A program made the translations under genes and the position numbers. Positions 12,985-26,850 of a DNA stretch of 64,000 bases are shown piece after piece (positions within the stretch are counted from its first letter, which is position 1; each line of letters opens with the position of its first letter). Under the pieces are notes generated by a model. It ran no database searches and had not been told where the DNA came from. It saw nothing but the letters and a program-made list of their open reading frames with translations. The stretch spans positions 6,696,001-6,760,000 of the forward strand of contig CM022671.1 in the NCBI GenBank assembly GCA_012295275.1, in the 5' to 3' direction. This DNA is from Chrysomallon squamiferum. Taxonomy: Eukaryota > Animalia > Mollusca.

Positions 12985-13130
12985 ACCGCCAGTTTGTGCG
13001 TTACTCGTGTTCGATTAGCAGCAAGAACCTGCTGTTAGAACCTTCCCATACACAGGATGTAATTTCCACAGCCTTTGATAAATCATTCGTGGGTCACCGG
13101 CTGGAACGGGAATTAGGGTTAGAAATGTGA
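12985..13130 (-). mobile_element. Degenerate SINE fragment (Nin/Deu-domain-like)
   Basis: CGATTAGCAGCAAG...CCCATACACAGGA...CCACAGCCTTTGATA...CACCGGCTGGAACG resembles, from memory, the reverse complement of the central Nin-domain of gastropod SINEs. Not verified by search. Confidence 0.5.
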
Positions 13131-13885
13131 AGTGGGTGTTGGGGAGTCACTCAGTGTCACTGACTCAGCTGACGTATCCATTAAAAGACATGTTACACTC
13201 TACACAGACTGACTCTTTGGTACCGTATATGTACGAAAAAAAACTATTTCATGTTTTCAGTATCACAGCAGTTATATATAACACAATGATACAACACTAC
13301 GGTTATATGTAGAAAACATATATATATATATATAATAAAAGTGATATGAACATACAGTTATAAACAGAAAAGTCAGAAATAGCACAATGTTACAATGATA
13401 CTAATATAAACAGAACAGTAGTAAAGAATAAATGGATACTAAATAAATTAAAAATAACACAGAGATACAATAGCACTGTTATAAATCGCACAGTGATACT
13501 ATAGTACAGTTATAAACAGATCGCCCGTAAAATATACAATAGCACAGGTATAAAACAGAAGAATCATAAATGGAACAGTGATACAATGGTACAGTTACAG
13601 GAAGGTCAATGATACAATGGTATTATTATAAATAACACGGTTATAAATAGAGCAGTTATATAAGGCACAACGGTACAATAGTACGACTGGAAATAGATGA
13701 GTTAGGCAACTTTCTTTATTTCTATTTCTCTGTTAACAGGTATATTACTACAGATATATTTACATTCATCATTTTGTGAGTCGTCTGTAAGTAATCACGC
13801 ATAGTAGGTTTGTACGCAAGCGTAAAGAATCTTTATAGCGACTCGTGACATGTAAATTATAGAATGTGTTACTCTCATGTCTAAA

Positions 13886-13916
<31 letters not shown>

Positions 13917-15639
13917 AATAAAAATAATAATAATAATAAAATAATAATAAAAATAATAATAAAACAATAATAAAAATAATAATAATAACAATAACTAAAA
14001 TAATAATAATAATAATAATTAGAATAATAATAATAATAATTATAATAATAATAATAAAATAATAATAATAGTAATAATAATAATTAAAATAATAATAACA
14101 ACAACAACAACAACAATAATAATAACAATAATAATAATAATAATAAATAGTGGTTATTTTCTGCAAACAAGTCAACTGTGAAGGCAGCGAAGCGGAAACT
14201 GACAGGTAAGAAACTTAATTGAAAGTGTAATCATTACCTTGAAAGTGTTACCTTGAATTGTTCATACCCGTATTTTACTGACACTTCCAGTCAACCGTGA
14301 AAAGCGAATCACTTAGCGAGTCTACAGTTGAAAACAGCTGGACACGAGATGATAGGAAATGTTCTGGTGTTGTTTCTCTCATTATCAATCACGTCGTCCA
14401 CTCACACGTGAACACTGCCTCTGGTGCAACACCAACAACAACACCACCATAAACAACAACAACATCAAAATAGTAATAGTAAAAGAAATAGATAAATAAA
14501 ATATTATTTGAATAGGAGTACAGAAGTTGTGTGATAGACATAGTTGTTGTGGAAGTAGTCGTCAGAGTAGTAGTAGTTTTTGCAGCAGTAGCGGTAGCAG
14601 CTGCTTAGTAGAGTAGTTGCAGTTGCAGTCGTCATAGTGTTAATAGTAAAAAAAGCTGATGTAACAGCTGAGTAGGTGTAGTCAAATAGAAATAACATTA
14701 GTATTAATAATAGTAGTAGTGGTAGTAGCTGCTGTAGTAGAAGTTGTAGCAGTAGTCGTAGCTCTAGTAGCAGTTGTAGAAACTCTGGTAGTTGTTGCAG
14801 TAGGAGTAGTAGTAGCTGTAGTAGTAGTAGTTCTAGCAGAAGTTATAGTAGATGCAGTAGCAACTGTAGTAGTATTAGCAATAGCAATTGCTGTAGTAGT
14901 AGTAGTAGTGAAATCAGTAGCAGTAATGCTTGCAGTGGCAGTGATAGTAGTAAGACAAATAAAAATACAGATGTAACTAGCAACTACAACGAAGTGACAT
15001 AAACGCAGAGGATGACGCAGTAACAAGGACGTAATGAGGACGAACGATTCTCTCTCACTGTAAACAAGACAGCGGTGGGATACGAACCGCGTACCTTTGC
15101 ACTCTCGCTGTGATCGAATATAAAACAATCCTGTATGGCCGTGAGTTATAAATACACCGCGTAAATAACCGGTTACCCAGCGGCTAAAGTACAGCGGCTC
15201 TCAACACGTTTTCGTCCCTCAGAAACATTTATTTGTTACACCGACATTAATACTGAAACACACACAGGATCGAGCTACTCTCATTCTTCATATTCTAACA
15301 GGCAAAAAATAATTTTCAAAAGAAGGAAAAAGCCATAAAATATTTACGATGCAACACGTCTACATTCTGCTGAACGAAGTAAGTTTTATCACAGGCACGT
15401 TGTACGTGTCTGCAGTAAGTTAATACGTTTGCGGTGTTTTTACAGTGAGTTAATATTTATTGTGATGTTTACAAACAGCGTGCGCTGCTCGTGAAAGTTT
15501 GAATATCATTAATCAGCCTGTCAGTGTGATTGCGTCGTGTCAGTGAGGAGTTATTTCATAACACACAGGTCCGTCAGTTTGTCGCGCACGTGCAGGTGAG
15601 TAAAACACGTGTTTTGTAACGTAGAGAGAGATTTCCCCA

Positions 15640-16080
15640 CTGAAATATTTGATACGGTTTAACGTAGTCTCTTGCATTGGAATATTTTAAATGATTTAAC
15701 ATGGTTTTTGTACTTGTAGGTTTAAGTATCATTTAATACAGACATTTTTATTGAAATATTTAATCAGATTTGAAATAGTTTTGCATTGAAATATTTTAAA
15801 ATGATTTAACGTAGTTTTGTTCTTGTATGTTTAAGTATCATTTAATACAGAAGTTTTTAATATTGAAATATTTAATATGATTTAATACAGAGTTTTGTAC
15901 TGAAATATTTAATACGATTTAATGTAGAATATTTAATTTTTTAAATTTTTACTTTAATGTTTAGTACTGTATATAGCACACAATTATATATTTAAACATT
16001 TAATAGTAAATTAGCAGAAATATTTAATACTTTGTATCATTACATTTTTTAATCTAAACATTTAATGATATATAACAACA
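15640..16080. repeat. Degenerate ~35-bp AT-rich minisatellite
   Basis: Recurring TGAAATATTTAATA...ATTTAAC units beginning shortly after the GCAG|GTGAGT donor at 15596. Confidence 0.65.
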
Positions 16081-16641
16081 TTTTATATATAAAATATTTA
16101 ATATTGCATAACAGTTGTTTGTTGGGTTTTTTGTTTTGTTTTTTATATATAAAATATTTAGTATGATATCGCATAGCTTTATATAAAACATTTCTTGTTT
16201 TACAACAAAACGTGTGCGATATTTTATGATGTCTAAAATAGTTTGTTAAAAATTTAATACATGTGTATAGTTTAACGTTACCACAACCAAATTACCATGG
16301 CTTTGTCTAGTGTCCTATAACTTGTACAATAAAGTAAATTCTAGATTTTCTTTGTCTGTTAAGCATCATCTAGAATTTCGTATCTGTGAACGTAGAACAC
16401 TCGACATTGTGTAATTCAGTTTTCTTGATTCAGGGTGCTGTCAGTCTGATCACACTGAGTATAAAGGGCTGGGGTAGATTTATTGGTTGAGGGGGGGGGT
16501 CAGACTAAGCACAACCTACCCGCTGAGAGAGACACGATTTCGGGTGTGGAATATCATGTTTACTCTTTTACATATGCAGCAAATATTTATTGTCTGGGGA
16601 CGTGTAAAATTTCATTTTATTTAAGTGTTAAAAAAAAAAAA

Positions 16642-16674
<33 letters not shown>

Positions 16675-16691
16675 TAATAAAAAAAAAATAA

Positions 16692-16754
<63 letters not shown>

Positions 16755-16935
16755 AAAAAAAAAAAAAAATAATAACAATAATAATAAATAAATAAAAAGA
16801 ATGTAACATATTTTCTCTGTGTTCTTCAGATGTGTGAAGGTAGAGCACGTGACTTTTGTGGATCAGTATTCTTGTGTATTTCTACCCCGTAACCGAAGAG
16901 GACCTTGTAAAAGCACCCAGTGTGAACGAAACAAA

Positions 16936-17836
16936 ATGTTTAAGAAAAAGGTAGGCGAAAAGTTCATTTTTTTTTACTGTTCTTTGTCTCCTCAAGCTTT
17001 TGATTATGTTGTAACAGTTTTCAAAAAATTTACCTGATTTTCTGTTTGTATAAAATTTTTGTATTATATATAATTTCTCTCGCTGTTTTGGCTATTTGTA
17101 TTTGTTGCAGTCTTTTCAAGACTGTGTTGTAATGTCTAGAAGAATAGAAATAGTGTTTGTCACTGGTTATTGTTAAACTTAATTATTAGGAAAAAATCAG
17201 TACCTTCAACCCTAGTGTTTGTTACAGTTACTGACATACTTAATTATTAGAAAAGCATGATTTCCTATAACAACAATTACGTAGAACTGTATCGGATCCA
17301 TCGATAAAACATATTAGTAGCACTAGTCACACTTTAAACACGGAATTACTTCAGTTTTTAGCAGTGTAGAATTTGTTATGTCTCTTTTTGGTTTGTTTAA
17401 AGTGATAGAAAGTAAATTATAAAATTTGTTAATTAAGCTAAACTATGCTACAAATATTGTTTGTGAAACCCAGGCAAAACGTTTACAAAAAGAATGTCGT
17501 CAGTTACAGTAACTGCGAAAGCTCACAAAGAGAAACATCAGAATATCCTGAGCTTTGTAAAAATGTTTTAATCTCTGATTTTCAGAACAAATTTCCTGTC
17601 AACGACTCGTCTGCTAACGGAAGTGTGACGTCTTCCCAAGAAATCAAGAAAATGGCCGCCATAGGAGAAGTAAGTTTTTCTCTTGTTTAATGATACACCG
17701 AGATACCAGTCTATGACCAAAATATTAATTTTGTTAAGTTATTTTTAAAGCATCTGCAAATATTGACTTTCTGTGCCTTAAACACGTTTTGTTGTCTTTA
17801 AATATCTCTTTAAACCAGTATTGTTAAACATATATC

Positions 17837-17867
<31 letters not shown>

Positions 17868-18461
17868 TTTTTATTTTATAATAACATGTTCTTACTTTAA
17901 GTCTATTTATGTCTGTAATTTTTTTTACACAGATTTGTACATACAGACAGATTTACTTTTCTCTGTGTGTTTCGAGTTTTATTTTTAAAAATCTGTGTTA
18001 GTAACTTAAACAATAGGACATGGTGTTTACTTAAAACGTGAAACTAAATGTCTGAAGATGAAACTAAGATTTGTAATATATTTATATTTATCGCTTGACA
18101 CTTGCATGGAATACAAAACAAGAACGCGGCCTGTACACGATGTTTTATTGTTATTTCAGTTTAGGGTGAGAATTGAAGATTTACTTAAACCAGAGTATGA
18201 TGATTACTACTTGGCAAAGTGGCTGCGAGGTAATCTCTTCTCACTCAGTACTCACTGTCACACTGACTCACTCACCCACTCGCCCACTCGCCCAATCACT
18301 CACAGTTACTCGTACACTTACATCCAGTTCGTGAGTTTCTTCATTTAAAAGTCCTCTTATCATTTCATACTTTTATTGCTTTCTTTATAAAGTTTTACAA
18401 CTTCTACACTGTAATCTTATAACAGAGATGACTTTCTCATATAAGTTATGTCTAAATAAAT

Positions 18462-18498
<37 letters not shown>

Positions 18499-18853
18499 CC
18501 AGATGTACACACATACGCGGACACACAAACAAACATTAATTACCAATGCGCCTATAAAACACGGGCCACTGGGTGCCATAGTTTTTAAGTCTTTGGTGTT
18601 CTTTGAGTCGTGCTTTCCAAAAATAAATATTGTCTATTCGCAGAGTCTAATCAGACAACACAGTCTTCATTGTTAAATACAAACATGTATAAAAAACATT
18701 AAATATTTTTTAAAATTTTATTTTAGCACGTCAGTTCAATATATCAATGGCAGAAGAAATGTTTCGTGCTGTAAGTATTCAATATCAGATTAAGAACATC
18801 ACTGTACTGTTATTATTAATTACACTTTCTACTACAAACCCAGTGAAATACAG

Positions 18854-18932
<79 letters not shown>

Positions 18933-19833
18933 GTAATAATAATGACAATAATAGTGATAAGGGTAACATTATTAACAATAGTAGTAATGATAATGATTGA
19001 ATAACATTATTGACAAGTAGTAGCAGCAGAACCAGCACTAGTAGTAGTATCAGTAACAGTAGATGTAGTAGCAGCAGAACAGTATTAGTAGTAATAACAA
19101 AGGATGAAACTCAAGGTCAGGTATTTTGATTAATTCTGTAACTGGAATAATTTTTGATTGTTCACGTTTTGTGAGAAATAAAAGAAAACATATCTTCTTC
19201 TGTTTATATTGTAGATTATCTTGTAATAACGATAATATTGTAAATGTATTGTGATAATGATGGTTTTGTAGATTGTCTTATAATAATGTATACTATTGTA
19301 GAAGATGGATGATGACAAATCGTCTTGAATAATAATGATAACTGTATTGTATCTTTTTTTCTATAAATGACTAACTGTTGCATCTTTTTTCTGTATATGA
19401 CTATATGTTGATCTTTTTTAACTGTATATGACTGACTGTAAATATCTTTTTCTGTATATATGTATGTATCTTTTTGTATATATGACTGTACTATTGTATC
19501 TTGTTATATATGACTATACTGTTACAATCTTGTTTCTGTATATGACATATACTGTTGTATCTTGTTTCTGTATATGACTGTACTATTGTATCTTTGTTTC
19601 AAACATGACTGTACTGTTGTATCTTATTTCTGTATATGAGTTCTGTTGTATCTTGTTTCTGTATTTTTATGGCATATGAACAAGATTGACAAACTTTAGA
19701 AGAATACGAGCCACCAGAATATGTAAATAACAGCATCTACCACGGTCATGCCGACATGCACGCACGAATATATATATATATATGAATTATGCATAGTTAC
19801 ATTTGACTTTACGTATATATCTATGTTTTTATA

Positions 19834-19882
<49 letters not shown>

Positions 19883-20743
19883 GTACATACTGGAGGGACA
19901 CATATACACATACATACACATATACACCAGACATATACGGTCACATATATCATACATATACGGACACCTGGACATAAACACATACACATATACACTTAAA
20001 ACAGTCGACACATAGAAGACACACACATAGGTACATATAAAACATATATAAACATTGGATTTGGAAGTTCAGGCACGTTTGTGGTGAACAGGTCTGACGG
20101 GACAATTGTGTTTTTTGTTTTCATAATATATGTAAATAACAGTTACCAGGTAACGACAAACTCTTACATTAAACATCATCTATTTGACATAATTTTAATT
20201 ATTTATTATATTATATTATTATTTTGTTGAGGTTTAAATATAAAACACCATGACTGGAGGGACGTGTGGACACGACAAGGATGGGATGTGCGGATCGAAA
20301 TATACGGACACCATGGACATGAAAGGGTTGATGTAATGATGCTAAAAAAGTCGACCTGGAAAAGACGAAGTTACTGGAGTGAGAAACACGTGCTGGACTA
20401 GAGTGAGAAATTTTGAAACACAAGTTTTTGCAATCAGATCCCAAATCTGAGATTGGTTTTCGTAAAACATGATTAAACGTGATTTCTGTGTTATCTAAAC
20501 CCGTTGTTTAACTTGGATTTCATCCCAGTTTGCGATTTAACGTGTGTTCAGAATTTTATTTTTAAACTCACATTCTTGTAAAACGTCACCTAAAGAATTC
20601 GTGCACTGAGAATTTGTTTATAAGCTGAAAGTTGATGATTAATCGATATATCAACATATCGCTACTTACTGATATCACTTGTAATAAATCATTTGTCCTA
20701 AATCACTAAATCAATCAACGTTTCGTAAAACCACACCTAGCTA

Positions 20744-20833
<90 letters not shown>

Positions 20834-22242
20834 AATAATAATAATAATAATGATAATTCTTAAACAAAGGTGAAAAAAGAAGAAAACAACTGTAGTATTA
20901 ATCGTATCAAACATTTATATTCTAACAATACGATGTGTTGAGATTAATTAAACGACTGTTTATGAATTACAGCTGAACAGACGTGTGGACGGATTGACGG
21001 TTATTTTTGACATGGAGGGAGTCAACAGCAGAGTCCTATGGCGACCTGGTAAACATTTTTATTTACAAATATTTTATTTAGAGTTTAAAATTATTTATTA
21101 ACAGTAAATAATCCAACTCGTCCTGACATAGCCAGGCATTCAGATCCAGATAAAAGATTTTTGTACCTACATTCTCCAAGATAAACATTAGTAATAAATT
21201 ATTATGAAAGACGTTATTTTGAAAACTGATATCATCCAGTGGAATGATTGCATGGGTAGCCCCCTTCTCCACACAAACCTAGGTCTGCCTTGCTTCTCTT
21301 TTTAAAATTAGACAGAAAAACAAACATGAATGCATCTATAGAAACAAACTGGAAGAAGAAAAGATAATCCAGATAAATCTGCTGAAACATACTGAATTTC
21401 TACAACTATATATATAAATATATATTAATTTTATTTTTTGAAATCACACACTGAGAAAGTTAGGTCGCTAGATCAGTTCTCGTCAGTATGACTAATTTCA
21501 CATTATACCCAGTGTCTCGCAACAGGTTTTAAAAGACTGAGTTTTTTTTTTTTTTTTCGCTCTTAAAAAGGATGTGAAGGGTTACATGCTGGTTACTGAT
21601 GTAAACAGCGGGTTTCTCCTTCAGCCTAATACATTTTCATATAATTAAGAAATGGTTACACTTTCACTGTTTAAAGAAGATGATTTGAAAACTGTTTTAC
21701 AGGGATACAGATGTATCTACACTTGGTGTCCGTTCTAGAAGACAACTACCCCGAGATGATGAAGAAACTCTTTGTAGTCAACGGTATGTAAATAAAAAAT
21801 AATAATTAAATAAATAAATAAATAACTAAATAACTAAATAAATAAATAAAACCAGTAATTAAATTACAATATCAAGCTTACGAAAACAATTTCCAACTTC
21901 ACTAAACATTTTCTTTACGTTTTATGTCGGAATGAGGTCGGACGCTTTGTATTCTATTTGATAAAACGCGGCGGAGGAAACAAAAAAACTATAAAGACTG
22001 AGTAACTGGTATACGCAACATTAATACTACACATTAGTTACTTTATGTTTTATTTCATGTCTGTTGTTTGCTGTTTTCTTTGCTCGCAGCACCGAGGATT
22101 TTTCCTGTGTTGTACAAGATTTGTAAACCACTTATTAGCGAGGACATGAAGAACAAAATTCACGTGTTGGGAGGTAAGTGTATAAACGTGTATTTGTATT
22201 TTATATGAATTTTTTAATTATCGTTTTCCCCCCATATAATAA

Positions 22243-22310
<68 letters not shown>

Positions 22311-24920
22311 TAAATAAATAAATAAATAAATAAATAAAAAAATAAAAAAAAATAAAAAATTAAATTAAATAAATATATTAAATAAATTAAAAAATAATAA
22401 AAATTAAAAAAAAAAAAGAAAAAAAAAAATAAAAAAGTAATAATAGCAATTAAAAATAATAAATAATATAAAAATAAATTAAAAGTAAAATTTAATACAA
22501 ATCAATTAATGAACTCTATTGTTGCTTAAAAAACTTACAAATTCACTGTTGACGACCGTGACTGTCTCTGTAACAACATCTACATCATCTGTAACATTTT
22601 GTTCTCACACATCGTATTTTTATAGTTTAAGATTTTTTTTTCTGTTTCAGGTAACTTCACGGAGACGCTGTTGAAATACATAGATGAAGAAAATTTACCA
22701 GCTTATCTGGGTGGTACGTTGACTGACCCGGATGGTAATCCTCGTTGTGTTACCATGGTAATTAATCTCTTAAATTAGACTTGTTTAATTCTCGTTTCGA
22801 ATTACTTGTAAAATGTCATAAATATCACGCAGATCTAAATGCTGACTGTCACCTGTAATTTTAATATTCTGATAACTGTTACTAAGAAATCAATTTTATG
22901 ATACGTTTCATAGTGTTTGGTATAATGATAATATTGTAGATGGTATTGGTTTATTCATAATATTACAGATTGTATTTTGATAATAATGATATTATAGATT
23001 CTGTTCTGATAATGATAGTATTGTAAATTGTATTGTGATAATGATGATATTGTGGAGTCTATTGTGATAGTGATGATATTTTAGATTACACTGTGATAAT
23101 AATATTGTAGATGTTATTGTAATAATGTTAATACATGTAGAGTGTATTGTGATAATATTGTAGACTGTATTGCAATAATGATACTATCTTAGACTATACT
23201 GCAATAATGATAATATTGTAGACTTTATTGTAATAATGATGATAGTGTAGACTGTGTTGTGATAATGATAATACTGTAGACTGTCATGTAATAATGGTAA
23301 TATTGTAGACAATGTTGTGATAATGATAATGTTGTAGATTGTGCAAGGCGGGGAGGTACCTCAGAGTTACTACCTGGCAGACAAACAGTGTCTAGAAAAC
23401 ATGGAAAGTAAATTCATCAACCGAGGAGACAAACTCGTACTTCCGTTTCAAGTAACCAGAAGAGGAAGTATTATCAGGTACTACTTTCTACTCTACTAGT
23501 TATAATACGAAAAATAAAATAAAAAATAAAAAATTAGAAATAAAAAAAATAAAATAATAATAAAAAAGTAAAATGAAATAAATATTGAAATAAATAAATT
23601 AAAGTAAAAGAATCATATTTAGAGCATATAAAATTAAAATAAAAATTAGAAATGTATAAACTGTAAAGACAAAAATAATAAATGAAAAGAAATATATGTA
23701 CACAGGAAAGAGTAATATATTAAATTTAATTCATTAGTATATTAATAATAAAATTATTACACAGATTAACACATTACTACATTTATAAAACAACTGTTAC
23801 ATAATTTAATATATTAAATATGTAATAAAATGATTACAGATGGGAATTCAAGACAGAAGACTATGACATTGGTTTTGGAATTGTCTTGCTGAAGAATGAC
23901 AAGAGTATCCCAATTGTACCCGTGCAGAGGGTGAACAGTCACATGGTTCCACAGGACGGCAGTATCACGTGTAGCAGAACAGGAACATGTAAGTTATCGC
24001 CTAGCAACCAGCATAGCAACGGCTTATCACGACATCACAGCATTACGCTCACTGATGTAGTCGTTCATGTATTTGTTTGACTTGTTTGTCTCAGATTTTT
24101 TTCCTTTTGGTTGTTTCTTTCTGGTCTTTTTCAACATTATTATTTCTTTTTGTTGTTGTTGCTTTAAACACAGTAGTACTGTCATTTTCTAATCAATTAT
24201 GGTGAGAGGTGTTATTCGTCATATAGATTAAGAAGTTTGTTAAAGTGTGTGGTGTTAACAAATACTGTTATATAGTTAGTTTCTAATAACTGATGTGCAT
24301 TGTCGTATCAGGATTATTTCATTTTCAAACAAAGTTGCTCTGTTTAACGTGGGTTTGGTTGTTAAAATAAAAATTAATTGTTATAATACTTTTTTATCGA
24401 CGTATGAAATGGTTCAAGATATTTTTATAATCACCCAGTAAAGCATAACATTGTTCTTGTCACACACATATTTTAATCCTGGATATTGTGGCTTCTTTGA
24501 GACTTTTTATTTTAATGATTTTGCTTTGTTGGACTGCAGTTATTAGAATATCAGCATCTATTTTCATAAAGTACGCAGATTCTATTTCAGATTTCATTGT
24601 GTTTGACAATAAATAGAGCAAACTGCGAACAAGAATATTCATCACATAAACACAGGTTGAAGCAGTTAGCTGGGATGGTAGTCCCATTCTGAAAAAGGCG
24701 AAGACAAAGTAAAACGATGTTGATATGTTATGATTTTTGAAAGAGTAACTCAGCTACATCAAAATAATAGACTCTATGTATATGAAAATATATTAATATT
24801 AATATAGAAACCATATTTCTGAGTCCGTTCTGAATTTCTAAATATCTTCTGAAGATATGTGACTTTGAATATGATGATGGTTATAGCAGCGTGATGAACC
24901 GTTTATATTATTTTATTCCG

Positions 24921-24999
<79 letters not shown>

Positions 25000-25249
25000 A
25001 TAATATTATATTATTGCGTAAATTTAAAATCATTATTATTATTTATTTTTTTATTATTTTTTTTTTTCAGACAACCTTTGTTTTGACAACACGTTTAGCT
25101 GGGCGCGATCGAAAAGGATCCTGTATAACGTAGAAGTAGTCTCCCCTGACGATTCTCTCGAGTCGGAGATAGAGAGGCTGATAGAAGGGGTAGACAACTG
25201 GGAACAGGTGGTGGAACACAGCGACAAATTTGAAACTACGCACTTCTGA
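16936..25249 (+). CDS. SEC14-like lipid-binding protein (CRAL-TRIO + GOLD), retinal-binding protein (RALBP)-like
   Basis: Exons: 16936-16950 (tentative start MFKKK), 17586-17669, 18160-18229, 18727-18770, ~19665-19719 (damaged), ~20232-20410 (damaged), 20973-21048, 21703-21783, 22090-22173, 22651-22757, 23338-23477, 23840-23988, 25071-25249. Peptides: [114 protein letters not shown]. These are diagnostic of the SEC14L2-4/squid RALBP family. Confidence 0.9.
19200..19665. repeat. Two adjacent ~29-30-bp minisatellites upstream of a SEC14-like exon
   Basis: 19200-19340 has ATTGTAGATT...ATAATGATAAT units, the same family as 22915-23345. 19340-19665 has TGTATCTTGTTTCTGTATATGACTGTACTGT units that run up to the exon. 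Confidence 0.75.
22915..23345 (+). repeat. 29-bp minisatellite (~15 copies) ending in a functional acceptor
   Basis: GTAGA recurs at 23276, 23305 and 23334. The last copy is gttgtag|ATT GTG CAA, the acceptor of exon 23338-23477. Confidence 0.85.
24591..24712 (+). pseudogene. Decayed duplicate of the GOLD-domain terminal exon (pseudoexon)
   Basis: A tttcag acceptor in the same phase as the real last exon. It reads (Y)FIVFDNK*SKLR... against the real (Y)[14 protein letters not shown]..., with in-frame TAG at 24614 and TAA at 24647. Confidence 0.65.
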
Positions 25250-26609
25250 AGTGACGTTAAATATCAGCTGACATGAAACTGTTTCAATCCAGGTCCCCTG
25301 TGACTGTGTATATTTTTATATTCTATTATATTGTTTCAAAAACGAAATTCACGAGCGATCACGAAACTATTCAGTTTTGTGTTGATGCAGAAACTGAGAA
25401 GTGTAATGACTACCTGGCGGGTCTTTGTCTAGAACGGGATAATAAACATGAACACGTCGTCAGTGTGTGTTATAATAATTATTATGCGTTTTAGTATATT
25501 TACTCTATGTTTTATTTAGACATCAGACGTCATAAATGTGACGTCAGCTCGTAGCGACCTATTAGGAAATTAATTTTCCTGCTGAATATAAAATCACTTT
25601 TATTTACTGTTTGTTAATATGAGTGTATGAATGAAAGAGTAACTTTTTTTTTATGGGCAACAAAGAAGAAGAAAAAATAGAAGAAGAGAGAGAGAGAGAA
25701 TACTGATTTTATGTTATTATTATTATTATTATTATTATTATAAAAAATGTACATTCAGATATCGTGTTTATGTCTGTCTCTCTCATATTGTTGTAATATT
25801 ATTTTCCTTTCTCAGTTTTTGTTATGGCAACATTTTCATTTGAATCAACTCAGTTATTGTTTTAATTCCGTGAATAACCTCTTGATATTATCCTGAATTT
25901 CAAAATGAAGAAACAAAGATAAAATTGCATGTTACATATATACAGGTGTGTTTGTGTAATATATTTTTATACATAACAAAATAAGCGAACAGTTAGAAAG
26001 TTATAAAATAACATGTTGGTATTGGTCAAACAGTAAAAAGATAAAACAGAAAGCCGAGTTTCGTGTTGAAATTAAGTCACATGATAAAGAAAGATAACTC
26101 AGTATGATCTCTGTGTTCTCCACATTATATCTGCTTCAGACGTGTCAGTTTGGTTAGATCATAAAGTGTCAACTTGTCAACATAACGTGTCAACGAGGTC
26201 ACATGTAACAATATGGCAGTATGACATCTTGTATAAGGATCATAATGATAACATTGTAATCTACCAAGTGTCAAGATTATTATTTGTTAACATGATAATG
26301 TCAACATGGAAGGAGGTGTCGGAATAAAAACGTGAAATAATACTGTGTTTCACTAATGTAATGTTAAATGTAAAATGAAACAAAAAATGTAAGATACGTT
26401 TATTTTAATAATAGTGTTGCTGAATAGATAAAGAATATTCATATACGTTTAAATGCCTTTGTGTGTGTTTGTGTGCGTGTAAATGCATTCGTGATAAGGT
26501 ACATTTTACTTAATAAATAACAAAAATAATTACAGTTTTGTTTTGTTTGTTATTCCTAAAACATCGTTATATAATTATGTATATTTTAGTAACTCTCTCT
26601 CTCTCTCTA

Positions 26610-26850
26610 AAATGAAAATACACAAATAATCAAAATGGAAATACACAAGTAATAAAAATGAAAATACACAAGTAATAAAAATGAAAATACACAAGTAATT
26701 CAACTGAAAATACACAAGTTATTAGAATAAAACTACATAAATAATAAAAATAAAAATACACAAGTAATTCAAATCCAAAATTCCCAAGGAATTCAACTGA
26801 AAATACTCGAATAATTAAAATACAAATACACAAGTTAACTAAAATGAAAA
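26610..26850. repeat. ~22-bp minisatellite
   Basis: Unit ~AAAATGAAAATACACAAGTAAT, intergenic. Confidence 0.8.

Noticed and set aside
24614-24649. Stop-codon readthrough or recoding in the duplicate GOLD exon
   Set aside because: The stops are TAG and TAA, not TGA, and come with frameshifts. Simple decay explains them.
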